Positions 13,531 through 26,900 of a stretch of 64,000 nt of DNA are shown here, piece by piece. The stretch lies in the NCBI GenBank assembly GCA_907165135.1, contig OU015568.1, positions 14,384,001-14,448,000 on the forward strand, read 5' to 3'. The position numbers and the translations under genes were made by a program. The stretch's first letter is position 1. Each line of letters opens with the position of its first letter. Below the pieces are notes generated by a model. The model saw only the letters and a list, made by a program, of their open reading frames with translations, did no database searches and was not told the origin of the DNA. Source of the DNA: Oikopleura dioica. Its lineage: Eukaryota > Animalia > Chordata.

Positions 13531-16055
13531 ATGTTCAAGAAGCTCAAAGAAACAATCATATTTTCAAGTTTAATTGCTTACGGAAACGCCGATTCCGGAA
13601 CTTCCCTATGCAAGCAAGAATGTCATAAAAACGCAGAATGTCTAACCACTACAGTTGGAGAACATCAGTGTGTTTGTCGACCCGGATTCAGGTAAGATTT
13701 TCATTGGCAACTGCCGATTCTTGTCAAAAGTAGTTTGAGGTTCAATCGAGTTTTCTTTGTCCCAAGAAAGTCGATTCAGATCATCGTATTTGACATCTCG
13801 GAACTGTACCTATTGAAAAGTGTTAAACATATTGTAGGGGAGACGGACAGGACTGCTCAGCGCAATTTACTCTTCAAGTCCAACTCTGCCAGGATGAAAA
13901 TAAGAAAGCTCTTCAAAAGGCCCTGAAGCAGGCATCAAATAAGCCCTCTGAGTCAATGCTCATCAATATTTGGATGGAAGACAGTGGCAACGAGTGGCAA
14001 CAAGCAATAAACTACCAAGTGCCTTCGTTGGAATTCCCCACGACGTTTAATTATTACGAAAATATGAATATCAGACATATTACGAAGATAAAAGTGTTAC
14101 AAGAAAATTGGCAGAACTTATGCCTCCAGCGACTTTCTATCCATCAGGTATTTAACACTGTCTGATTTTGTTTCTAATTATTGATAAGGGCAATGCGGAT
14201 ATACATTTGCTGGCTGAAATGGATGCAAAGGCTTTTGTGCCAGATTGGGCAGATTGCAGCGACCCAACAGACATGGAACGTTGTTTCAAATTTGCTTGGT
14301 GGAAGAAAAAGTGTCAGTCAAAGAAACGAATCGATGGAGAAGGAGAAGCCTGCCGATCGAGGATGATCTACAAACGACAGGCTGGATCAAAGGACAAGGC
14401 TTGAACGGACAGATTCTATATGATACCGGATAATATTTGAATCATTTAACATGATAGATATAATTGAATTTATTTTCTATAGCCTGGTTTAGCTTCTCCG
14501 AACAACGTGCGAAACTGAGACGTGTCATAAGAATGCTGAATGCAGCATAAAAGGAGGTAGGGTTAATTGTACTTGTAAGGATGGATACAGCGGCGATGGC
14601 AAATCTTGCAAGGATATCGATGAATGCGAAGAAGGTAAATTATTAAACTAGCAGATTTTCTTTGGGCATAACATGACCGAGTACACGGCTCCTCGAAAAT
14701 TTTTGTAAGAAAGTGCTTCAATTATTCATCTAGGCACGCATACTTGTGGTACCAACGCGCTTTGCAAGAATACAGGAGGAAGTTTTCAATGCACTTGTGA
14801 TGAGGGCTTCTTTGGCGACGGTCAAGTGTGCTCAAAGATGTGTTCCGAAGATAGTTTGCCAAAGAACATGATTATTTCGCAGAAAGATGCTAAGCCGAAA
14901 AATAAGGGCGGTATCTATCCAGCTGGATGCAAAGCTGGATCATCTATCTTTCCCGCGCATGGCATGGATCTTCAGATGAGTACGTCCTTTTTCTTATATT
15001 GAAATTATTAAGCTTCAGTAATTTACTTTTTTATTCAAGCTACTTACAAACTCAACTGCAGCTGTACTGACACCAAATGCTCCTGGAAAACTATGCCTTC
15101 CTTTACCTGCCAAACTGGATGCCCATTTCTTCATCCAGGTGAATAAGAGTGTTTTATGCCAACTGAAAATGATAATCGTTCTTAGGCAAAATCTCAAAAC
15201 TGAAGCACTGGGAAGATGAGCGCGACAGTAAATTGAATCAGATAAAATTCAAGGTCAAGTTTCGATCACCATCTCAAATCCCAGAAGAATGGCGGCTCCT
15301 GGTGACCTTTGGGTAAATAACTTCTTCATATGAGGCTTATTATTCCATTATCTAAAATTCATTCGACAGGTTCAAATTTCTTCTATTATTACACTTCAAA
15401 ATAAGTGTTCGAATATTCACCTCAGAATATCCGCCTTTTTCGTCCGAAGCTAACCGAGAAGCATGAAATGGAAATTCCTAACCGCGCGGTTTACTCTTGC
15501 CCCGCATTTACTCAATTTTAGCACGGATATTCCGGAAGGAGCTCGTTACGGTGGTCCCACCGCGAAGATGCTTCAAATGAGTAGAAATCAACTGCTTCTC
15601 GCTGGCGATCTGGACAACAGTCACAATCCAGACCTCAAGGTCGCGCCCAATAAGGATATTGGCTTCACTTTCAAATTGAGAAACTTGAAGAAGAAATTCC
15701 TCAAGTCACTTGTCAAGGAAAAAGTCGATCAAACTAGCATTCCATCATGCTTTTCTTCAATGATTAATTGAATGTCGGATAAATTACAGACAAAATGGAC
15801 AACTATGAAAGTTTTAGTTTGATCTAATTCTAAGTAAACTATTCCAAACTCTCCGTTTCGCCTGTATGAAAATACTGGATTGTTTAAAATGTTGACTTTT
15901 CTAAGGGAATGACCCTTCACCATGTCGGACATGAAGTCAACGACCTTTCATGTTGGCAAGAACTTCCAGATGAAAAGCTGGCGCTTGATTATGAGTCATA
16001 CGAATCTCAAGAACCAGAAGAATCTGAAGAGGAGGAATATGATGAAGAGGCTTAG
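13531..16055 (+). CDS. Secreted EGF/calcium-binding EGF repeat protein with acidic C-terminus
   Basis: Hydrophobic N-terminus; [82 protein letters not shown]. Confidence 0.8.
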
Positions 16056-16801
16056 ATAGATGAAATTTCAGAATTTTCAACAACGACGATGTATAATATT
16101 ATAGCTAGTTCTGTAAATATTAACGACTCTCCTGTACTTGTACATAATCTTTTTCAATTTGACGTTTTCCAAGGTATACTAAATCATTTTATTTTTCAAT
16201 AAAAAGACTTTTGAAGATGAGCTTTTGGAGAAAATATAAGCTGGATATCCGAGTTTCCTATGGAGTTATGTTGGTCGCGTCTCGTCAACTCCTACCCTGC
16301 CTGACCCTTTCCAGACATAGCGATTGAAAACTGCCTGCCAAGTGCTGCGTCGAGGTCAAAAGGTCAGCAGAACCGACGAGGTCGAGGTCAATTTTTAAAC
16401 TTCATAGCCAGTCGGTGCTTTATTTATTTCTATATCTGCTTCAGTATTTTCTGCTCAAACTTGAACAAAATACATTTATTATCACTGTATCTACTCGTGT
16501 CTTAGTTTTTCAGCAAGAAAGTTGATAGCAACCTAGATTTGAGCACTCAACAAACTAAATTTTAATGAAGCACCAATGAATAGTATACCTCTAATGAATA
16601 AAAAATCATTGAACGGAAGACGATCCAACTTCGAAAAAGAGCGCAAACTTAATATTTATCCTACGAAAGGGATGAATCGCACAATTGCAGATAGGCCAGC
16701 CGGTGGCAGCAGAGGACGGATATCCCATTTATTAAAAGCACCACGCGAGAAAGGAGCGTACTCAATAATTAGACCTACTTTCGAAAGACGAAGAAGATAA
16801 A

Positions 16802-17236
16802 ATGAGAGTTTTAAATTTAATAATGCTTTCTATTGCGGCAGCTTATGATATTCCTCATGCGATGATGAGACGAGCAGCTAAAGCGGTATGTTTTTAAATT
16901 GTTTGAAAAGAGAATATTTCTTTGATAAAATGTTTTCTTTAATTGATTTTTAAAATCAAAGAGGTCTACAAAAAGCTCAAAACATTCTTCAAATGAATAT
17001 TTTCCAAATGATCTTGAAGAATAACCATTTTCAAGGACTGTGAAACTTCCGCCACAATGTTTGCAATGCGCGCCTGTATGAGTTACTGTGCCATGAACGA
17101 AATGCTATTCCCTGACCTCTGCGTCACCCCCAAAACAGTCGACGGTGATTACCGAGGAGCAATGGAGAAACTTGGACAGATTCCTTACTGCATGGACAAG
17201 TACGAACGCACACTCGCTCAATGCGATATCTTATAG
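16802..17236 (+). CDS. Small secreted 6-cysteine protein (94 aa, two exons), not in the ORF track
   Basis: Exon 1 16802-16885 (MRVLNLIMLSIAAAYDIPHAMMRRAAKA), GT-AG intron 16886-17035, exon 2 17036-17236 in frame; AATAAA about 50 nt after the stop. Confidence 0.75.
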
Positions 17237-17452
17237 ATTCTACTGTAAAAATAAGTAAATTATTTTTTCTGCTTTGTATTGTGAGAAAATAAACAATCTT
17301 TTTGACAAATCACAGGGGTGCATGTTGTGAGTTTATTACAGAGTCAATTGATAGTGGCTGACTAGCCTAGTGGATTCGGCAGTTCAGGGAAATCTTGTAT
17401 GCCTTGTAAAAGCTGGTTTGATAATGATGTTCAAGTTGTGTGGGTGTGGGTA

Positions 17453-18002
17453 TCAGGGTAAGGACTCGAAACGATGGGATCCTAGAGGAGGACTGAGAAC
17501 TATCGAAAAAATGGACGAAATCTTTTAATTTACAACTTACCTTTGTCAGCCTTTTCGTCTAGTTTTTTCTGGATCATGAAGAACTCTTTTTTTATTTCAG
17601 CATCCATCTTTTGCAGTTGTTCTTCTTTTTTTCTATTCATTCTTGTGAGCGTTTTTCGTAGACTTTTATTGAACTCCGCATCTCTTTGTTCTTTTTCCTG
17701 CATTCGCCTGTCCATTTGCATCATTTGCAGAGTCATTTTCTCCATCTTCGCCCTCATTTCGTATTTCTCTCTTTGGGAGTCACCAAGGGCCTTCCATAGA
17801 AGATTAACTTTTTCTTCAAACTCAGCTTTGGAAACTAGAATAAACTAGTATCTATTAAACCCTCACCCTAACCTGTTTGTGGTTCTTTTTCTTGAAGATC
17901 GAATTGTTCCGGCGCTGTCAGGAAGGATGGAGGAACAAAATCAGTTGGAGTTGGCGGAAGCTCGCTATTACTTGATGGAGAGTTCTGGATTGGTTGTGAC
18001 AT
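17453..18002 (-). CDS. Uncharacterised protein: Pro/Ser-rich N-terminus plus coiled coil
   Basis: Three exons join in frame across GT-AG introns (MSQPIQNSP...; VSKAEFEEKVNLLW...KKLDEKADK; short last exon); heptad-like charged segment. Confidence 0.55.
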
Positions 18003-18492
18003 CGGCTACAATCTCTTACAATAATTCAAATTGAAACAATATTCGATAAAAAGCGGGTAAAAAGGGTTTCTGTATTCTGAAAAAGTCCGTTTCCACGCAG
18101 CCCAAAACAAGTGGAGCATGAACCGTAATTGGAACGGAACTGTGTTTTTGAAATGTCGAGCAAATATAAGTGGGGATTTTGAATGGGTAGAAAAATTAAA
18201 ATAAATAAGAAAGTGGTTCATTCGGAAAATCTTATTTTTTTGCCGACAAAGGAGCAATCGTCATCATTGGGAATCGGTACTAAACATTTTAAATTTTCTT
18301 AACTGATAGACTGACATTTCTCTTTAAATTCGTTAGTGACAACTTGTCCCAGACAAAGCTATCCAGCTGTCAAAACACAGGGCAAAAAGCCTCGGTGTTT
18401 CTCACCAACTAGAATCATTTTCATTCTCATCTCACCGAGGGTTCCTAAAAAAAGCTTATCATTTTAAGTGAATATATACCCCTCTGGTAGTT

Positions 18493-21400
18493 ATGGTAAA
18501 AGACGAAGAGATAAATGTAGATGCCAATCAGATAAAGGGGCGCAGAGTTGAGGTACACTAGTAAATAGATAATAAATTATTATTAAATTAAATATAATAT
18601 TATTATATTATATTAAATTAAATATTATTAAATATTATTAAATTATTATTATTATTATTATTATTAATAATGTTTTATGATTGATCATCCTTTAACTTCC
18701 TCAGTGCTTGGAGTGTCATTGCATCGGAATTCTCAAGCAGAGTGGCAATGATGACAACAATGTGTACTTATTCTCTGAAGAAATTTTAACTTCTCGGAGT
18801 ATTCGTACACAAAAACACGACTTGAAAAACTCGACCCACAAGAAAAAGAGCACCTTCCGTCTACCTTCACTCTCAAAGCATGGATTTTCAACAATGGAGC
18901 AGAAAAAGCATTTTCTCTGGACAAGCTCTCTTTTCTGGATTACGATCATGCTTATAAGTAAACCTTTTGAAAGAGTCGGTTTTCTAAAGTTTTTAAGCAA
19001 ACTATTACTCTTTGGAGAAATCACGTGGGGTAACAACCTTTCTTACTTCGACCTGTCATCGAAATTACAAGAAATGCGTTCAAATCTCAGACATGGACTA
19101 CTGCGGGCACCTAATGAAGCAGTGCCATCAAACCAAAGAATTCATCCTTCCAGAACCGGTTTCTAAAATCGAAGAAAACCAGCCCGTAGCGCTTGTCTTC
19201 ACTGACGAAGAAAATGAAGTTAATCTCATCCGCTGTCAAAAGAAAAAATTTTACGATGCCAAGATATGTCGTCACATTTGTTCCAATTCGCTCGTCTTGG
19301 AATCAACGAGGACTAACGCGATTTCGCCCTGTGAGTCGATTTGCTTTGAACTCACTCGATCTTTTGACTCTGCTGGTGATGTTTGCCCTGGTGAAAAATA
19401 CTGCATAAATGGATGTCCCTGTCCTTACTACAAGTGTGAAAAATTGGACGACTCTCCTCAGAAACTGATTCCTGCTTTTGATCTTCGAGAATCAGAAACT
19501 GTCAATCCCTCTCAAATCAAAGGAATGTTTCAAATTTTAGTTTTTTCTTATATTTCGGAAAATTTAAAATCGATACAGAAAATATGATCAACGAGCACTC
19601 GCCTTTCGAATGGATAACTGGCAGATGGGATAACCGGGTACCTTCGATTAGGAGATTTCCTTTTGTTCTTTCCGATTTGATCGAAAGTGGGAAAGGGGTG
19701 AGTATTAATGCAACAGACAGTCTTCTGCCTTATGAACGTTTTTACATGTTATTATATAAATTCATGAGTTTTTCATTACGCGTATGAAACAAGTCAAAAA
19801 CTTGAAAGTCTATGGGCGCTACTTTTCTCAATGGGGAGCATTACTTGGTCGATGCAAAGGGTAATCTGATGAGGCTCAAAGAAACTGGCGAGTCTTCAAG
19901 TTTCATACCGAATTCTCATAAAGGAATGTAAGTAATGTTTTCTTCCCTTACACCATAGTAATGATGGGTACTAATTTAAAATCATGATAGTGGATTCTTT
20001 GTCTTCCACTTTGGTTCTTCGATCGGAACTCATCAAATTGAAATTCGTCGAAAAGAAGACGGAATAAACGTTTTTCCTGCCGTTGTTGTTTGTTAAGGGT
20101 CGATTAATTTTTATGTCATTATTTTCGATATTATATTCTTGACCGTGAATAAAGCTCTCCGACTGGAAGATCAGAAAAATGTTTCTACTATGCTCCTGAC
20201 TACAATTTGAATCGATTCGAAGAATCACAAGGCTTCATCGCCAGCAACCATTTCAACGCGAAAACATCTTCTATCAGCTTCAAAGGAGTATTCTATCTAA
20301 TGAGTGTTCAACTCGGTGATCGACGAATCAAGCTTTCAACAACTTTTGCTCTCAACAGAATAAGAAAAAGCGAGGAGTTCGAGAAAGGGTGGCGCAAAAA
20401 TGAAATCAACTTGCCGTCAGAGTTTAGAGATTTGGATCCTGTTCATGTTATACCTCTGATTGATGTAGGTCGGCTGATGCTGATCTTAGTCACAAGAAGC
20501 ATAAAGCTGTCTAACACGCTCTACTCGGTTTTGTTAGAAGCGGACGGAAAGTTCTTGACTCTTGGCAGCGAATGGATTGGGTCTCTTATTCAATACGAAG
20601 AAAGATCAATCTGTTTATCGAGAATATTTGCTTCAAATGACGCTTTCTACACGGATATTCTTGGAAAAAACAACGATGAATGCGAGTACTTTGGCAATGG
20701 AATCATCAACAATGAAAAGATATTTTTCCAAAGTTATGTTTTTGAAACTCTATTTGAAGTGGAATTCGATTTCGGAGAGGCCCCAAAAAACTATTATAAA
20801 AAGAATACGCACAAGAAAATTTGAGAACCTCTATAAAGATAAAATCGAGCTTGAATTCGTCCAACAAAAAGCCGTTAAGAAAATGCATGTGACAAGCAAT
20901 CCTATATTCGCCTTTCATGATGATGTCTTTCCCGCTTTCGCTAAAAACACCGTCTATCAGCCACCATTCTATTCATCTAGCGCTTCCTTCGAGACAATCA
21001 TCCCGGACAATTATTTCTCCTCACTTGAAGAATTTAAGCATATTTCGACTCTTATAATTCAGCTGAATGAAAGAGAGACATTTCAATTAGAGATTGACTT
21101 CCAGGTAAAGCAAATAATCTTTGAATAACACTAACAAAAAAATTAGGAAGTTACAGGGACAGCCAAAATTTTCGAACTCCAGTTTTTCAATGGGAAGACA
21201 TTTTTGAGCTTTGAAATCTTTGATAATGGGCGGCTCTGGATTGATTCCGATTATTTAAACCAACCGGTTATATTGCAAACGAATACATCGGATCTAGCAG
21301 AACTTGAAATTCGGCTCAATACGAATTCCTCATTAGGATCATCATTCTGTGAACTGATTTCTGATAACAACAAAGAGACAAGAACAAATGGAATTTTAAG

Positions 21401-22690
21401 TGGTCTTGAAGATATCAGCAGCAAAAAAATACGGATTTTCAAGCACGATCGCGATACAAAAATCAAAAACTTTATCTACTCTGTCTTTGAGTCGACCCAA
21501 ATCAATGTCGTAATGACCAACAAATTCGGATCTTACCAACCTTACTCTTTACTGAGTGATGGATCGATTACCAACGACTTGTCTCTCCACGCTCCAACTG
21601 AGTATCATCCTAAGTACGATAATAATCCTGTTTCCGAATATGCTCACGACTCAAAGTCAGCACTTCTCAATGGCCAGGTCCATATTTTCGGAGGATATCA
21701 TGATCCACACAAAGTAATAATAAGATTTTTTCTTTGAGAAATAAGCGAATTTTTAGATTGCTCGGCTAGAAGGATGCAAATTCACAGAGTTGACTGCGAG
21801 ATTCATTGAGCAGTATAAAGCTGAACATGCAGCGTTAACCGTTGAGGAAGGCAGTAAAGGTATGTTGAGATTTTTAAAAAATATGATAATAAAAGTTTTT
21901 CTAGTAATAGTTTGCTTCGATTATTACGAGGGGAAAGCTTGTGAGTTATTTAATGGAAAAACAGTGAAGAAAATCTCCGAACCAAATTATCGACACTGGT
22001 ATGGTGGATTTGGCTTCTATAATGGTTACCCAACTGCTGTCGGAGGATCTTGGGTTGACTCCGGAAAAGTTGAGAGTCTCAACATAAGAGATGAATTTGA
22101 GACGCAAATGGACGCGGAGTGGATCCCATTAAAACCACATCCAAGGTAAAAAAAGCTTTGATAAAATAGGCATTGTTTTTTTCATTAGATCGATAGAAGC
22201 TTGTTCGATAATTGGACTTCCGTCTGGAAATATGCTGACCCTCGGAGGATTCGAAACTTGGGGATGGGGTGGACAAGTTAACATTAAAGAAATCTGGCGA
22301 CTGATGAACAATAAATGGGACATAATCGGCGATCTTTTACACGTATTAGTTTATCAATTTTTTGAAATAGTTAAAATATCTATTTCAGCCTATTTCCTTT
22401 GCATCCGTTTTTATGAGCGACCGCATTATTTATGTTTTTCCCGGAGACGCAAGCCCTCCGTATATCCAAAAAGTAAATTTAGGCCAATGTTTCAGACAAA
22501 ATTGAATAAAAGCGGTGGAAGTTCCACCGTGAAACTATTGAAAGTCCTCACAATATATTTTTGAACCATTGAATAAGACCCGGAAGAGAATGTGCTGTCG
22601 ACCAGTTTTGGAGCAAGACAAGAAACTGGACAATCGAGAGTTTATTTCCCGATTGTTTTCACCTCTCCACTTGGCTTCTGTGCACCCTGA
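18493..22690 (+). CDS. Large type II membrane-like protein with Cys-rich (CPGEKYCINGCPCPYYKC) region and C-terminal Kelch-like repeats; lineage-specific family, copy A
   Basis: Multi-exon; TM-like FLWTSSLFWITIMLI; HIFGGY, PTAVGG and LTLGGF repeats; colinear with the minus-strand paralogue at 23904-28408. Confidence 0.7.
18570..18672. repeat. Pure A/T low-complexity tract ending in (TTA)n, inside intron 1 of copy A
   Basis: About 100 nt containing only A and T. Confidence 0.85.
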
Positions 22691-22928
22691 AGAAATTTTA
22701 CGCAAAAATTACATTCAGGCAAATTGATACTGTATATTTTTACAAAATAAATTTCTCAAATTCATGATTCAATAAAAAGGGCACCCTACTCAACATTTCT
22801 GCGAACGGTCAGTAACTAAAACTCGATTTCAGTGAGACCGGATTCAATGTTTTCAAGAGGCCGCTCGAGGATTTGTTGTTAGAGTTTTATTATCACACTT
22901 TTAGAGGCATTTTTGTGAGAAATTTTTA

Positions 22929-23842
22929 ATGAATAGAATTCGTCGACAATCAGAGCCAATTTTGCCCTTCGAAAATCGAAAGAAGGCGAATTCAGTCAAC
23001 ATAGATCTTTCTCCCTTAGTTCCCGAGAGTCCAAAAAAGGTCAATTTTCTATTATTGAATTGGGAGAGCAAAATATATTTAGGACAAAAAAGGCCGGCGT
23101 TTTTCCGTAAAAGAACTTGTAGGAATCCAGGATGCTCTGCCTGAAGTTGATGTGAGAAAGTTCAAAGTCGTTATGATCGGCTCGGCAGGGTAAGCTTTGT
23201 TAGCGACTATTTCCGAGAGCATTTTCAGCGCTGGCAAAACATCTTTCATCAGAAGAGTAACGTCAGGAGATTTTGATACCATCGCTTCAAGTACAATCGG
23301 AGTCGATTATTCTGTTTTGGAGCTTGAAACCGAAGAGTTTGCGTACAAGGTTATTGCTAAACATGCCATTTTCTTTTGATAATCGTGTTTTAGATGCATT
23401 TGCAACTTTGGGATACTGCCGGTCAAGAAAGATTTCATGCGATAACGAAGCAATATTTTCGAAATGCCGATGGAGTGATGATTTTTTACGACTGCACGGA
23501 GCGTTCTAGCTTTGAGGAAGCTACTCGCTGGGCTGATCTTGTCTCTGAGAGCCGTGGGGATTCCATTGCTGTCGGTAAGAGCCACTGTTTACTTCGTCAA
23601 TGAGATTTTTAGTGATTGTCTGCAACAAAACCGACATTCCGCAAGTAATTCCCGATGAAGAAGGAATCTTACTGGCAGATAGATTTAACGCTACCTTTTC
23701 AAAGCACTCTTCAAAGTTGGGAATCGGAACTGAAGGACTCTTGAAAGGGCTGGCAAGGAAACTGGGCCAGCTGACTCCTAAAGGAGAAATGACGACGATA
23801 GATTTAGAGCTGCCTGAACCTAAAAGTAAACGGTGCTGCTAG
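22929..23842 (+). CDS. Rab GTPase, RASEF/CRACR2A/Rab44-like G domain with short N-terminal extension
   Basis: GSAGAGKTS, STIGVDY, LQLWDTAGQERFHAITKQYFRNADGV, CNKTD, C-terminal CC. Confidence 0.88.
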
Positions 23843-23903
23843 AATGAAAATAAAATTTGAAAGATTTTAAGAACAATCGATAACTACTAAGTTTTATTAT
23901 TTC

Positions 23904-26900
23904 TCAAACAGCGCAGGAGCCAACAGGAGCTGTGAATACAATCGGAGAAGTGATTCTTGGGACGCCTTGATCTGCAATTATTTGAGTTGAAATTATGTAA
24001 TCATCGGTGTTGTCTTTAGTGGTTCGAATTAACAATTAAAATGCATTACCGATGAAAAAGTAAACTAAAGATTTCGAATCCTTGACCTAAAATTATTTGC
24101 TGAATTGAAGATGGAGATGAATACATTTGACCAGGGAAGACAAAAATTTTTCTGTCGATTAATATTGCTGATGAAGAATAAACCGCCTGAAATAAGAATT
24201 TTTATATAACTAATTATTTAACAATATTTGAATAAAAATGGAAGAACTAAATATTTTTTTTAAATATTTACATGTGCAAGAGAACCAATTAATGACCATC
24301 TGTTTCCTATTTGCAATGTCCAAATTTCATTTAGTGTGCTGTAGCTTCTATAATCACGTCCACCGATGGTCAGCAAAACTCCTGAAGATAGTCCAATTCC
24401 AGAATGAAAATATAGCGATCTGAAAGTTGACCCTTCTTATTTTGGTTGTAGGGCGGCCACGGTACAAATTTGTACCGGCGGTACAAGCCAAAAACAAAAT
24501 CCGAGAAAAAGTGTGCGCTTCACGCTAGAATTGAAGGAAACTCTTTACTGGTATAGATGAGGTGGAGTTCTGTCCAAAAATGAGTATTATTTTGGGTAAA
24601 AATCGGTATTTATTGTCAAAAAAATTATCATTTTTTGTACCGGCGGTGCAAAATTTGTACCCGCGGTACAAATTTCACTTTTGTACCGTGGCCGCCCGCC
24701 CCCCCTTATTTTTGATTACTCTCAGACCTAGGGTGCGATGAAAGAGAAGTCCAGCCAGCATCAGTCATTTTCTCTACAGCGCCTTGCGCGTTGTGTCCAC
24801 CCACAACGGTAGGACGGCCGTTGAAAGAAGCCATAGCACCACCATAGTGCCTTTTAGATAATCCAAACGTAGTCATGACATATACTCCGTCGAATATCTG
24901 GCAAGCTCTTTCGCTGTCGTAATCCATACAAATAAGTGCTAAATATAAAATCGTTCAGAGTTCACGATTTGACAAGTCACCTTTAGTACCCTCTTCAAGT
25001 GATAACACGTCATGTCCAGATCGATAATTTTTACTTAGTCGAATTGACAACTCTGTGAATGCGCACCCATCTAAGCGGGCAATCTATCAAAATATATTAC
25101 TATTTGAATTTCAAATTTTGAAATGATAAAATTACTCTTTTTGGATCTGAATATCCCCCGAATATGTGAGGTTCATCCTTTACAACTGCACATCTTGAGT
25201 AAACTATATCATCAGAAAGGCTCTCATATGAAGATGAAGCCCTTATAGACAATGCCAGTTTTGAGCCATCCTCGAGTAAAGCGTAAGATGGATGGTTTTC
25301 GTACCAATCTGGTAGTATAACAGTTATCTGCTTTGATTCATCGCCAGAAAGAAAAAAGTTCTTTATCTCAGTCTCTCGATCAAACTTGAAAATCCGTATT
25401 TTTTTGTCGTCGATATCCTCTAATCCATTCAAGGGACCACTTGACTTTGTTATCTCAGATTTTTTTCTCTTCTGCGGAAAAGTCTCAACTAAATTCAAGA
25501 AAAAAAAACGAAACGCTAACTTTTCCTGCACGATTTCAAAGACTGATGACTCCGACACGTCATTTGAGCGAAGCCTGAATTCCCAAGCATCAGTCAATTT
25601 TAGCGCCTTTGAATTCAGAGTAACAGGCTTTTTAAAGAAATCAGACTTGATCCAAATAGAGGAGTTTTGAAAAACTCCAACGTTCAAAAGATCTCTTCCA
25701 TCGAAGAACTGGAGTTCGAAAATCTTCCTTGTTTCCGACACTCTCTGATTAGCTCGGTTAAAAATAAATCTAATGATAATTTACTACCCCGAAGTTCATT
25801 TCTAGTTGAAAGCTCTCTGTTTCATTTAAACTCAGTTCGACGGTTGAAATGTGTTTCAATGCTCGCAGCGAGGAGAAGTAAGAATCCGGAATGATTGTTT
25901 TAGACATGGGGCCACCAGAACGAGGGAATCGAGGCTGAGCAACTGAATTTTTGGAAAACGCTGGAAAGACGTCGTCGTGAAATGAAAAGTACGGATTGCT
26001 TGTTACGTGCATTTTCTTTTTTGATTTTTGTTGAATGAAGTTGACTTCTAGGTGATCTTTTTGGAGGATTAATAAAGGAGAATACTAGCTCTGTAATGGG
26101 AAAATATCTGAAATCCTCTCCGAAATCAAACTCGATTTCGAATAAACTATCAAACACAAAATTCTGAATGAAAAAATTTTCGTTGTTCTCGATTCCATTT
26201 ATAAAATATTCGCATTCATCATTGTTGATCCCGCTTTGATCCGTGTAATAAGGATCATCTGAAGCAAACAGCTTTGAATAACAGATAACTTTGTCTTCAT
26301 ATTTGACAAGAGAACCAATCCATTCGCTTCCAAGAAGTAGAAACTTTCTATCTCCCTTCCCCGGTCCTTCCATCAGGACAGAGTACATTGTATTCGAAAG
26401 TTCAATGCTTCGAGAAACCAAAATAAGCAACAAACGCCCGACATCGATCTTTAGTAGGTTTTAAGCTAGAAACTTAGACGATTGAGAAAATGGTTAAATC
26501 CTTGTCAGTGGAATCACATGCACGGGGTCTAAATCCATGAGCACCCATGGAAGGGGGATTTCATCTTTTCGCCACCCTTTTTCCAGTTCTTCACTCCTTC
26601 TTATTCTATTCAGAGCAACACTGGGCTCGCACCTCTGACACGAGTTATTGATTTACTCAGAAGACCTGAGTAACGACCTATCTGAGGTACCTGCTTGATG
26701 AACAAGTTAACAGAATTGATTCTGTTCAACTGAACTTAGTCCGAGTCAGAATGTCGAGCCCAGATGCTTGAGTTTTTGAAACCTGAATCCAATAAGTACC
26801 GAGCCTGATACTAATTAGATTGAAATAGCCTTTATAACTGTAAGAAGATAATTTCGCGTTAAAGTGGTTACTGGCAATGAAGCCGTGCGCTACTTCAAAA

